Positions 30,280-39,300 of a stretch of DNA of 64,000 nucleotides are shown one piece after another; the stretch's first letter is position 1; the number at the start of each line of letters is the position of its first letter. The translations under genes were made by a program, and so were the position numbers. The DNA lies in the NCBI GenBank assembly GCA_027343695.1, contig DAHWKJ010000078.1, forward strand, positions 8,290 through 72,289, written 5' to 3'. The notes under the pieces are model-generated. The model was given only the letters and a program-made list of their open reading frames with translations, was not told the origin of the DNA and searched no databases. Origin of the DNA: Sulfobacillus sp. (GTDB lineage: Bacteria > Bacillota > Sulfobacillia > Sulfobacillales > Sulfobacillaceae).

Positions 30280-30619
30280 GATCCGGTAGATTCTTCATCA
30301 GTCGTTGAATATGAAGACTTTCCACAATGGATGTGTCTAGTCGGAAGTCGAGTTGGGGAGCATGTCTAAGCCCCAACCTCCGTGCGACTTCCCCTCTCAA
30401 AAACGTCGAAGCACTCTTTAACCCTTCAAGGGAGTTCTTGGCCCCTTCCGGAGGGCCAAGAACACTCACGAAGACTTTTGCCCAGCCTAAATCGCGACTC
30501 ACGTCAATATGGGTGATGCTGACAAATCCGACGCGTGGGTCCTTAACCTCTGTTTGGATCATGGCCCCGAGCTCTTGTTGCATCATTTGACCTACCCGTT
30601 CTGCACGCGCCTGATTCAT
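30269..30619 (-). CDS. rbfA: Ribosome-binding factor A
   Basis: 116 aa with 'RAERVGQMMQQELGAMI...DPRVGFVSITHIDVSRDL'. Confidence 0.92.
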   Translation of the reverse strand: MNQARAERVGQMMQQELGAMIQTEVKDPRVGFVSITHIDVSRDLGWAKVFVSVLGPPEGAKNSLEGLKSASTFLRGEVARRLGLRHAPQLDFRLDTSIVESLHIQRLMKNLPDHDE

Positions 30620-30634
30620 CGCTCATCCCCCTCA

Positions 30635-33370
30635 TTAGCTAGCTTTGACAACCTCTTGGTTGTAGACCTCCATGATGTCTCCAACTTTAATGTCATTGAA
30701 TTTGTCGATACCGATCCCACACTCGTATCCGGTTTGAACTTCGCGCACATCATCCTTGAAGCGGCGTAGGGAGCCGATAGACCCATCGTGCACGATGGCG
30801 CCATCTCGAATAATGCGCACTTTGCCGGTTCGCAGTATTTTACCTTCAATAACGTAGCATCCGCCGACCGCCCCAATTTTAGGCACGCGAAATACCTCCC
30901 GGACCTCGGCTCGTCCCAGGATGACTTCCTGGAACTTGGGCGCCAACATACCAGTCAAAGCATTTTGAATGTCATCAATCACCTCGTAGATGACTCGGTA
31001 CTGTCGGACATCGACATGTTCTTTTTCGGCCAGTTGACGGGCTTTGGCCTCTGTAGTCACCCCAAACCCCACAATAATGGCTCCCGAAGCTTGTGCGAGC
31101 ATGACGTCAGACTCAGTAACCGTCCCGACTCCGGTATGGAGGACTCGGACCCGAGCCTCTTCATTGGAGAGCTTTAAGATGGATTGGGATAAGGCCTCGG
31201 CCGAACCATGCACATCCGCTTTGATCACCAGGTTTAAGTCGCGAATCGACTCATCTTTCAAGCGCTGATAAAATTCATCGAGCGATACGCCCCGAAGGCC
31301 TGCCTCGCTACTTTGTCGGGTTCGTTCGAGCCGGGCATCAGCGATCATCTTAGCGTGGCGCTCATCCTCAAAAATGACGAAGTCGTCGCCCGCGTCCGGC
31401 ACTTGGTTAAATCCAAGCACCTCCACTGGCATTGATGGGCCAGCCTCTTTAACACGTTGGCCTCGGTCATTGAGCAAAGCCCGCACGCGGCCCGTCACGG
31501 CTCCAGCCATAAACACGTCACCTACCCGCAATGTGCCCCGCGCGACAAGAACGGTCGCTACAGCCCCTCGGCCCTTGTCTAGTTTGGCCTCGATAATGGT
31601 GCCTTGAGCCAGTCGATTGGGGTTGGCGGTTAGTTCTAAGACGTCCGCCTGGAGCAAAATAGATTCCAAGAGCCGATCAATGCCGTCACCTGTCCGTGCT
31701 GAGACCGGCACCATCATGGTATCGCCGCCCCACTCTTCGGAAACCAGTCCGTGGGTGGTTAACTCGGTTCGGACACGTTCCGGATTGGCTTCCGGCAAAT
31801 CGATTTTGTTGATTGCGACCACGATGGGTACCCCGGCGGCCTTGGCGTGGTTGATGGCTTCCACGGTCTGAGGCATGACGCCGTCATTGGCCGCCACAAC
31901 CAGCACCGCAAGGTCCGTCACCTGCGCTCCACGAGCTCGCATCGCCGTAAAAGCTTCGTGGCCAGGTGTATCCAAGAATACAACTTGGCGGTCGTTCCAC
32001 TCAATGACCGAAGCACCAATGTGTTGGGTGATGCCTCCCGCTTCGGATTGGGTCACGCGACTCGACCGGATTCGGTCGAGCAGGGACGTTTTACCATGGT
32101 CAACATGGCCCATCACCGTTACCACTGGCGGACGAGCTTCTAGTGACTCCGGAGCATCTTCACTACCCTGAATGAGTTGTTCTTCACGTTCTTCAACCGT
32201 AGCGCGTTCTTCAACGGTCGCTCCCATTTCGGTCGCGACGATTACGGCGGTTTCTTTATCAATTTCATGATTGAGTGTCGCCATGACACCCAATCCAATA
32301 AGATGCTTAATCAGTTCGGTGGCTTTGGCACCGAGTTGATCAGCGAGGTCTTTCACCAACACCGGACCACTAATAACGACGTGACGGGTGACCGGCGGCA
32401 TGGTGTCTTGCCGTTGGCTACTCTTGGCGCTCTTGGGCTTCCGTTTGTTTCCAAACCGCTCTTCGTCCCACGATTTTAGTCGTTTGTCCGGGGATGTTGG
32501 TCCGCTGGAGCGACGATCTTTACCGCTGTGGCCGGTATTACGTCGTCCCTGATCTTTAGCTGGACGCGCGGCTGGCGGAGGCATCGTTGAGCCGCGACTC
32601 GGCGCCGGCCGTGGACCACCACTGACGGGACCTCGCCCGGCGTTTGAGCTCGGGCGTGCCCCGCCGTAGCCGTTACTGTTTGGACGTTGGTTTGGATACC
32701 CGGGTCGATCCGTTCCGCTGGGCCCGCGGTTTCCCTGATACGGTGGACGATCCCCGCTGGGGCCTCGGTTTCCTTGATACGGAGGCCGATCTCCGGTCGG
32801 TCGATTGGGATACGGCGGGCGATCGGGACGGTTTTGGCCGGCTTGAGGCGGGCGGCTTGGGTAACCCGGCCGGTTTCCTGGAGTGCCTGGCCGGTTCTGA
32901 TACGTCGAGCGATCTGGGCGGCCGGCGCTCTGGGTCCCGGTTTGACTGCGGTTCCCTTGATAACCGGGCCGGTCGTTGGGGTACGGAGCTCTTTCGGGTC
33001 GGTCTCCCGGCGTTCTGGTCATGGGAGATCGTGCTGGTGTTGGTCGCGTCGCCGGTGCTGGGACTGTTGGTCCTTGGCTTGGATACGGTCTTGGTCCCAC
33101 TCGGTCTCCCGGCGGTGCCTCGGTTGGAGGTTTTGGGGCCACGGGGGCTTTCGGTACGGAAGGTTTGGGCTCGGGTGCGGCTTTTGGCTCCGGCGGCAGT
33201 TTTCCCTCCATGATGTTGCGCACCGTCTGTACCGCTTCCGGTTCCACCGTGCTCATGTGATTCTTGATGTTTTCGACTTTGAGCCGATGTAATAGATCGA
33301 TGAGTCGTCGACTGTCGAGTTTTAACTCCTTCGCCAACTCGTAAACCCGAACTTTGTCCTTTTCTGCCAC
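30635..33370 (-). CDS. infB: Translation initiation factor IF-2
   Basis: G domain '[14 protein letters not shown]', 'DTPGHEAF', 'NKID'. The start is reset to GTG 33370 ([16 protein letters not shown]...) behind AGGGGGGA. It has a long Pro/Gly/Arg-rich N-terminal linker. Confidence 0.95.
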   Translation of the reverse strand: MAEKDKVRVYELAKELKLDSRRLIDLLHRLKVENIKNHMSTVEPEAVQTVRNIMEGKLPPEPKAAPEPKPSVPKAPVAPKPPTEAPPGDRVGPRPYPSQGPTVPAPATRPTPARSPMTRTPGDRPERAPYPNDRPGYQGNRSQTGTQSAGRPDRSTYQNRPGTPGNRPGYPSRPPQAGQNRPDRPPYPNRPTGDRPPYQGNRGPSGDRPPYQGNRGPSGTDRPGYPNQRPNSNGYGGARPSSNAGRGPVSGGPRPAPSRGSTMPPPAARPAKDQGRRNTGHSGKDRRSSGPTSPDKRLKSWDEERFGNKRKPKSAKSSQRQDTMPPVTRHVVISGPVLVKDLADQLGAKATELIKHLIGLGVMATLNHEIDKETAVIVATEMGATVEERATVEEREEQLIQGSEDAPESLEARPPVVTVMGHVDHGKTSLLDRIRSSRVTQSEAGGITQHIGASVIEWNDRQVVFLDTPGHEAFTAMRARGAQVTDLAVLVVAANDGVMPQTVEAINHAKAAGVPIVVAINKIDLPEANPERVRTELTTHGLVSEEWGGDTMMVPVSARTGDGIDRLLESILLQADVLELTANPNRLAQGTIIEAKLDKGRGAVATVLVARGTLRVGDVFMAGAVTGRVRALLNDRGQRVKEAGPSMPVEVLGFNQVPDAGDDFVIFEDERHAKMIADARLERTRQSSEAGLRGVSLDEFYQRLKDESIRDLNLVIKADVHGSAEALSQSILKLSNEEARVRVLHTGVGTVTESDVMLAQASGAIIVGFGVTTEAKARQLAEKEHVDVRQYRVIYEVIDDIQNALTGMLAPKFQEVILGRAEVREVFRVPKIGAVGGCYVIEGKILRTGKVRIIRDGAIVHDGSIGSLRRFKDDVREVQTGYECGIGIDKFNDIKVGDIMEVYNQEVVKAS

Positions 33371-33683
33371 GCTGAATCCCCCCTGACAATTCTCCCGATG
33401 CCAATAAACGTTGTGCAATATTTGTGTCTAATATCGCGAGTACCGCGTGTGGCCCCATTCCAATGGAGCCCCCCAATTCATCTTTGGTGCCTGCCCGAAG
33501 AATCGGTACCCCGAGATCTTGAGCCCACAGGTGATACTTGCGATAAACCGATGGGCCGGCGTCGGTCGATATCACGATTAATGCGACATCCCCGGCTTTA
33601 AGAGCCTTTTCAACCTGGTTGTTTCCCGGCGCCAAAGAGCCCGCCCTTCTTGCGATTCCAATCCAATTCAGCCAACTGTTCAT
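32673..33683 (-). CDS. ylxQ: L7Ae-family YlxQ-like protein whose frame has no stop for a further ~230 codons
   Basis: ATG 33683 lies behind AAGGAG. The first ~100 aa, 'IGIARRAGSLAPGNNQVEKALKAGDVALIVISTDAG...', form an L7Ae/YlxQ fold. The frame then continues through the infB N-terminal region to TAA at 32673. Confidence 0.6.
   Translation of the reverse strand: MNSWLNWIGIARRAGSLAPGNNQVEKALKAGDVALIVISTDAGPSVYRKYHLWAQDLGVPILRAGTKDELGGSIGMGPHAVLAILDTNIAQRLLASGELSGGIQRGRKGQSSGLRVGEGVKTRQSTTHRSITSAQSRKHQESHEHGGTGSGTDGAQHHGGKTAAGAKSRTRAQTFRTESPRGPKTSNRGTAGRPSGTKTVSKPRTNSPSTGDATNTSTISHDQNAGRPTRKSSVPQRPARLSREPQSNRDPERRPPRSLDVSEPARHSRKPAGLPKPPASSRPKPSRSPAVSQSTDRRSASVSRKPRPQRGSSTVSGKPRAQRNGSTRVSKPTSKQ
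32717..32794 (-). repeat. Tandem 39-nt coding repeat in the infB linker (2 x [13 protein letters not shown])
   Basis: Codons 209-221 and 222-234 of the track ORF encode identical 13-aa units with synonymous DNA differences. They are embedded in a wider RP(G/P)Y(Q/P)xNR-type degenerate repeat region. Confidence 0.8.
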
Positions 33684-33691
33684 AGGTCTCC

Positions 33692-33958
33692 TTAGTTCAC
33701 GTGAGTGGCTTCCAGTAGCGTCTGAAGCAGTTCCGGCTCAACCGGGTGTTCCAATGCCCGTTCGAGGCGACGGTTTTTGATTCCAAGTTCGATGCACTCC
33801 CGAGTTCGGCAGAGGTATGCGCCTCGACCGGATACTTTGCCCTTTAAATCCACCACCATGGATCCGTCGGGACACCGCACCACCCGCAGTAAGTCGCGTT
33901 TAGGGCTCGACTGATTACAGGCGACACAGGTGCGCATCGGAACTTTTTTCACTTTCAC
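33692..33958 (-). CDS. ylxR: YlxR/DUF448 RNA-binding protein (RnpM-like)
   Basis: 88 aa with 'VPMRTCVACNQSSPKRDLLRVV' and 'GRGAYLC'. Confidence 0.85.
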   Translation of the reverse strand: MKVKKVPMRTCVACNQSSPKRDLLRVVRCPDGSMVVDLKGKVSGRGAYLCRTRECIELGIKNRRLERALEHPVEPELLQTLLEATHVN

Positions 33959-33962
33959 CGTC

Positions 33963-35012
33963 TCACCACCAGTTTCCTTGGCCTACTTGTGATTCTGATC
34001 TTAGGTCCACTTTCCAACCCGTTAACTTAGCCGCGAGCCGGGCGTTCTGCCCTTCTTTGCCGATTCCTAACGACAACTGATTGTCTGGAACCACAACACG
34101 GGCCGCACGAGTATCCGTTTCAATGGTGACATTGGTTACTTGCGCTGGCGACAGAGCGTTGGCGACCAATACAGCGGGATCGGGATCCCATCGGATGATG
34201 TCGAGTTTCTCGCCCCGGAGTTCCTGCACAATCGACTGCACCCGGGCTCCGCGGTTCCCGACACAAGATCCCACGGGGTCAATATTGGGATCTTCTGCCC
34301 ACACAGCGATCTTAGTGCGCGCCCCGGCTTCCCGTGCAATCCCCTTTATTTCTACGGTACCATCATGAATTTCTGGTACTTCCAGTTCAAATAGTCGGCG
34401 AATAAGGCCGGGATGACTCCGAGATACATAGATTTGTGGGCCTTTACTGGTCTTTTTAACTTCCACCACATAAAGTTTGACCCGTTCATTACCGCGCAAA
34501 TATTCCCCAGGTACTTGTTCACTCGGCATCATAATGGCTTCGGTACGGCCTAGGTCAATATAGACTAGGTTCCGTTCGGTGCGATGGACGAGACCTGTGA
34601 CGATTTCGCCCTCGCGGTCAATAAATTCGTCGTAAATCATGCCGCGCTCGGCTTCCCGAATCCGTTGAACAATGACCTGTTTGGCAGTTTGGGCAGCTAT
34701 CCGTCCGAAATTTTTCGGTGTCACCTCAAACTCCACAATGTCACCCTCAATGGAACCGGGTCGGATGGCATTGGCTTCATCGAGGCTCACTTCCAACCGA
34801 TGGTCTTGAACCTCTGGAACGACCGTTTTTTGTGCCCATACTTGCGTAGCTCCCGAATCGCGGTCGATCCGAACGCGTACATTTTGCAGCGAGCCAAAAT
34901 TGCGACGGTACGCGGAGATCAGAGCCGACTCAATGGCTTGGAATAGAACCTCTTTTTCGATGCCTTTTTCACGTTCTAAGTCAGTGAGTGCGGCTAGTAG
35001 CCCTTCATTCAC
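33963..35012 (-). CDS. nusA: Transcription termination/antitermination factor NusA
   Basis: 349 aa, starting at GTG 35012. It has an N-terminal domain, an S1 domain ('GEIVTGLVHRTERNLVYIDLG') and two KH domains ('VGSCVGNRGARV', 'GIGKEGQNARLA'). Confidence 0.95.
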   Translation of the reverse strand: MNEGLLAALTDLEREKGIEKEVLFQAIESALISAYRRNFGSLQNVRVRIDRDSGATQVWAQKTVVPEVQDHRLEVSLDEANAIRPGSIEGDIVEFEVTPKNFGRIAAQTAKQVIVQRIREAERGMIYDEFIDREGEIVTGLVHRTERNLVYIDLGRTEAIMMPSEQVPGEYLRGNERVKLYVVEVKKTSKGPQIYVSRSHPGLIRRLFELEVPEIHDGTVEIKGIAREAGARTKIAVWAEDPNIDPVGSCVGNRGARVQSIVQELRGEKLDIIRWDPDPAVLVANALSPAQVTNVTIETDTRAARVVVPDNQLSLGIGKEGQNARLAAKLTGWKVDLRSESQVGQGNWW

Positions 35013-35052
35013 CGAATAACCCCCCTAACGGGCTCTTTGCCCCTGTCAAGCG

Positions 35053-35080
35053 AAAAGAGTGGGCTCAAGCTCCCCACTCT
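35053..35080 (-). terminator. Terminator-like hairpin in the nusA leader (candidate attenuator)
   Basis: The minus strand reads AGAGUGGG-gagcuugag-CCCACUCU followed by UUUCG. It lies between the predicted promoter and the nusA start. Confidence 0.45.
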
Positions 35081-35142
35081 GAGTCTCCAAAACCGATTCC
35101 AAAACCTCGGTTTCTTTGGTAACCCAACTATCTCTCTCCGAT

Positions 35143-35171
35143 ATTCTAGCATATACGGTAGGACATCACAA
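35143..35171 (-). promoter_or_regulatory. Sigma-A-type promoter for the nusA operon
   Basis: On the minus strand: TTGTGA (35166-35171, overlapping the MFS stop), 17-nt spacer, TGcTAGAAT (35143-35151). Confidence 0.6.
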
Positions 35172-36362
35172 CCGTGGCTCGGGGGCACGTAGACCGGTTA
35201 ATCCAAATACTACGGTGGTAAGGACCAACAATCCGGCCCCTGCCCAAAACGGATCCCGGATGGAATGGATCATGAGAAGTCCGCTGGCGATGGCCATGAC
35301 CAATGATCCCAAGGTACCTACGGCTTGAAACCGACCTTGTACCGTACCGCGCATCTGTTGGGGAATGGCATTCATTAATTGAGCCTGTAAAGCCGGTCCA
35401 ATCAGGCTCATGGAGATCGCCTCGACTATTGACACGACAATCGAGAGCCAGACACTGCGCGAGGCAATATATAAGAAGACGGTGCCCGCGTTTAAGAGGC
35501 TACCCCCAAAAATTAATGCGTTGCGACGGGCACGGGCGTTGGCCAAGCGTCCGCCTACGAAATTTGAAAGGAGGAGGGGAATGGCGAAACAGGTGAACGA
35601 TAGGCCGACGACCAGGTTCGAGGCTCCTAGAAATCGCATATACAGGCTCCACACCGTATCGTACATGCCGATTAATCCGGTCCAGCCGAAATTGACGACG
35701 AATAGGGGCCAAAGTACACGATAGAGCGACCCGGAGATTGGGGCTTCTCGTTCCGTCGAATGGACCTCTTCGGTCCTACCCGAGGGGAGGCCCCGCATGA
35801 TACCGAACATTGCGAGTCCCGCAAACACTGCACCCAACACAAATGGCGCCGATAATCCCCACCAACTACTCAAGATCCCCCCCACCAGTGGTCCTAGTGC
35901 GAATCCTGCCATGGAAGCCGACGAGAGGAACCCATAAGCTGAGCCTCTTCGGGCATCGGAAACCAGATCACCGACAAGTGCGTTGGCCGCAGGCAAGAAT
36001 GCCGCGGCTCCAATGCCTTGGAGAATCCGAAATCCGAGATAGAACGGCGCGGGAACCCGAAGCACAAACAAAGCCGTAGCGATTGCTGTGATTGCTGCGC
36101 CGAGCATCAACAAGAGACGCCTTCCTAGGACATCGGATCGGTTGCCTAAAACCCATTGTCCCACGAAAGAGGCCAGAGCATAAAGCGCGGCCATGGCCCC
36201 AATCCAGGGTAACGAAAACCCACGACGTTCGGCGTAGATAGGCAACAACGGTAGTATCGTACCGTATCCGGTTTGGATAATGAAGGTCGCCCCACAGAGA
36301 ACCCAGAGGGCCCGGGGCCATCCACGGCGCGCTGTCGAGAGCGGTGACGTTATCACGACCAA
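35166..36362 (-). CDS. MFS transporter
   Basis: 398 aa with about 12 TM helices and the MFS loop motif 'GNRSDVLGRRLLL'. It starts 6 nt after the polC stop. Confidence 0.85.
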   Translation of the reverse strand: MVVITSPLSTARRGWPRALWVLCGATFIIQTGYGTILPLLPIYAERRGFSLPWIGAMAALYALASFVGQWVLGNRSDVLGRRLLLMLGAAITAIATALFVLRVPAPFYLGFRILQGIGAAAFLPAANALVGDLVSDARRGSAYGFLSSASMAGFALGPLVGGILSSWWGLSAPFVLGAVFAGLAMFGIMRGLPSGRTEEVHSTEREAPISGSLYRVLWPLFVVNFGWTGLIGMYDTVWSLYMRFLGASNLVVGLSFTCFAIPLLLSNFVGGRLANARARRNALIFGGSLLNAGTVFLYIASRSVWLSIVVSIVEAISMSLIGPALQAQLMNAIPQQMRGTVQGRFQAVGTLGSLVMAIASGLLMIHSIRDPFWAGAGLLVLTTVVFGLTGLRAPEPRL

Positions 36363-36368
36363 ATGCTT

Positions 36369-39300
36369 CTAGAAAAATGCCAATTGGCTGGTTTCCCCAA
36401 GATCGTCCAGTGCTCCTTGTCCTCGCAGTAGTTCAATAATGCTCTTGGATAACTTCGCACGTTGCCGCAGGTCGTCAATAGACAGAAACGGTCCTTGCTC
36501 TCGTGCCGCTACAATATTATCCGCTGCGGCAACGCCCAATCCTGGCAATGCGGCAAATGGTATTTGTAGTCCTCCGTCGTGAAGCGTGAATCGATACGAA
36601 TGCGAACGGTCCAGGTTGACAGGAAAGAAACGGTACCCCCGTGCTAACATTTCGCGGGTTAGTTCCAACACCGAGACCTGACTCTTATCTTTAGGGGTCG
36701 CCGCATTGCCCAGTTCGTCAATATCCTTCATAACCTGGTTGACGCGCTTGATTCCTGCGAGCACCACTTCGGGATTAAAATCATCCATATGCCGGGAAAA
36801 ATAGGTGGCATAGTAAGCCAGTGGATAATGCACTTTGAACCATGCGATGCGCCATCCCATCATCACATAGGCAGCCGCGTGGGCTTTGGGGAACAGGTAC
36901 GAGATTTTTCGGCACGAGGCGATATACCAATCCGGCACCTGATGCTGGCGCATCAAGTCTTCTTGTTCGGGTTTCAGCTCTTTGCCTTTTCGTACGGCTT
37001 CTGAAATGGCAAAGGCACTTTTGGGGGCGATACCACGGTTTAACAGATACATCATGATGTCATCACGGGTGGCAATGACGTTGGACAATGTGGCTAATTT
37101 CTGCCGGATGAGGTCTTGTGCGTTGTTGTTCCACACCTCGGTTCCATGGGACAATCCCGAGATCCGGATTAATTCGGCAAAGGTGCTAGGACGGGTGTCA
37201 ATGAGCATGCGGCGAACAAATGGCGTGCCGAATTCTGGGATGCCCAAGCTGCCGACCGGGGAACCAATGCTATCAGCGCTCACTTGGAGTGCCGAGGTGT
37301 CCCGAAAGAGGCTCATGGTCGGTTCGTCCTGGAACGGTATGGCCCGTGCGGAAACCCCAGTCAAGTCTTCGAGCATCTTAATTGCGGTGGGGTCGTCGTG
37401 TCCTAAAAGGTCTAATTTCAACAGTCGGCCTTCAATCGCATGGTAATCAAAGTGGGTGGTGACGACGTCCGAGGCATGATCGTCCGCTGGGTGTTGTACT
37501 GGGGTAAACCGATAGATACTCTCGTCCTGCGGCACGACCATCAATCCGCCGGGATGCTGACCGGTGGTTCGCTTAACACCAGTGATACCGCTGGCGAGCC
37601 AATCCAACTCGGCGGGGGTGAGGTCGCGTCCCGCGTCGCGAGACCAGGCTCTCACCAGTCCATAGGCGGTCTTCTGCGCCACGGTTGCGATGGTGCCGGC
37701 CCGAAATACGTGACCCTGCCCAAAGAGTTCTTCGGTGTAGCGGTGAATCTGGGGTTGATATTCTCCAGAAAAATTTAGATCAATGTCTGGCACCTTGTCT
37801 CCCTCGAAGCCTAAAAAGGTTTCGAAAGGAATATCTTGACCGTCCCCTACCATCGGAGTTTCACAGTGTGGGCAGACCTTAGCCGGCAAATCGAATCCGG
37901 ATTGGAACTGTTCATCGGTCACAAACTCTGTGTAACGACACCCTGGGCATCGATAATGCGGGGGCAGCGGATTCACTTCTGTGATATCGAGCAAGGTGGC
38001 CACCAACGATGATCCTACTGAACCTCGCGATCCCACCAAGTAGCCATCATCGAGAGATTTTTTGACCAATCGGTGCGCGATGTAGTAAATACTGGAAAAG
38101 CCATTAACCGTAATCGATCGCACTTCTTTGTCCAGCCGGGACTGCACCAGGGCTGGGAGTGGATCCCCATAAAGCGCCACCGCCCGATTCTGCGGCATGC
38201 TTTCAATGACACTAACCGCTTCATCTAATGTGGGAGCAAAAAGTCCATCGGGCACCGGCTTAATGGGACCGAGCGACTGATAGATGGTTTGGGGAGATTC
38301 CTCTAATACAAAGGACCGCGTTGTTTCATCCAGCCATGCGAACTCTTCGAACATCTCGTCCCCGTTCCGAAAATGGAGGGCGTCGGATGCGTTGTGGAGT
38401 TCTCCTTTCGCGGTAGCGGCTAAGATGTCGCGAAACACCTTATCTTGAGGACGCAAGTAATGGGCGTCTGACACGGCGGGCACCGGTTTATGGTGTTTTG
38501 TACCTAAGGCAATTAAATCATGGATGTACGAGCAGACCATGTCCTTTGAGCCTAGATGTTCTTCCCGTTGAAGTGAGGTCAGACCGTCTGGTGGGGTGAT
38601 TTCCCAGTAATCATAAAAACCTGCCAATTGGCTGATGTCCTCCGGTCGGTCTCCCCTTAAAAGGCTTTCTTGTAATTCGCCTCCATGAATCGGCGACCCT
38701 AACAACCATGAATCGCGGCCGGCTATTAAATCAGACCGGCGGATCCGAGGCACCCGATAATAGGTATCTAAATGAGACGCGGAAATCATCCGATAAAGGG
38801 ATTCGATGCCTTCTTGGCGCTGCATCAAAAGGACCACGGGGATTGGACGACCCACGGTATAGGATTGTGGAGCTGGGCTCCTAAGGAAGGCTTCGGTAAG
38901 CCATTCCCCGCTGTCGTCGATGAGGAGCTTAAGTAAGACCTCGGCAGTGGCTTCGGCATCAGCTAAAGCGCGGTGGTGTTGGGTTAAGACGATTTTAAAG
39001 TGTTGTGTCAGGGCACCTAGCCCATAAGACTTAAGGCCGGGCACTCGGATGCGTGCCAGGTTCAACGTGTCGAGTACCGGCAATGTTAGCTGGACGTGGT
39101 TATGTCGCCAGAGGGCGGCGCGCAGGAACCCGTCATCAAATCGCGCATTGTGGGCGACTAGAACAGAACCGGCGGCAAAGGCCAAAAATTCTTCCATCAC
39201 TGTGTTAGGGAGCGGGGCATTGGCGACATCGTGATCTTGAATCCCGGTAATTTGACGGGTTCCGGCCGAAAGAGGTTGGGTCGGTCGTACCATTCGGTGG

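Noticed and set aside
32644-33292. Two long + strand ORFs (189 and 201 aa) antisense to infB.
   Set aside because: They lie entirely inside the stop-poor Pro/Gly/Arg repeat of IF2. Their products are low-complexity Gly/Arg/Trp/Ser strings with no SD. They are compositional artefacts.
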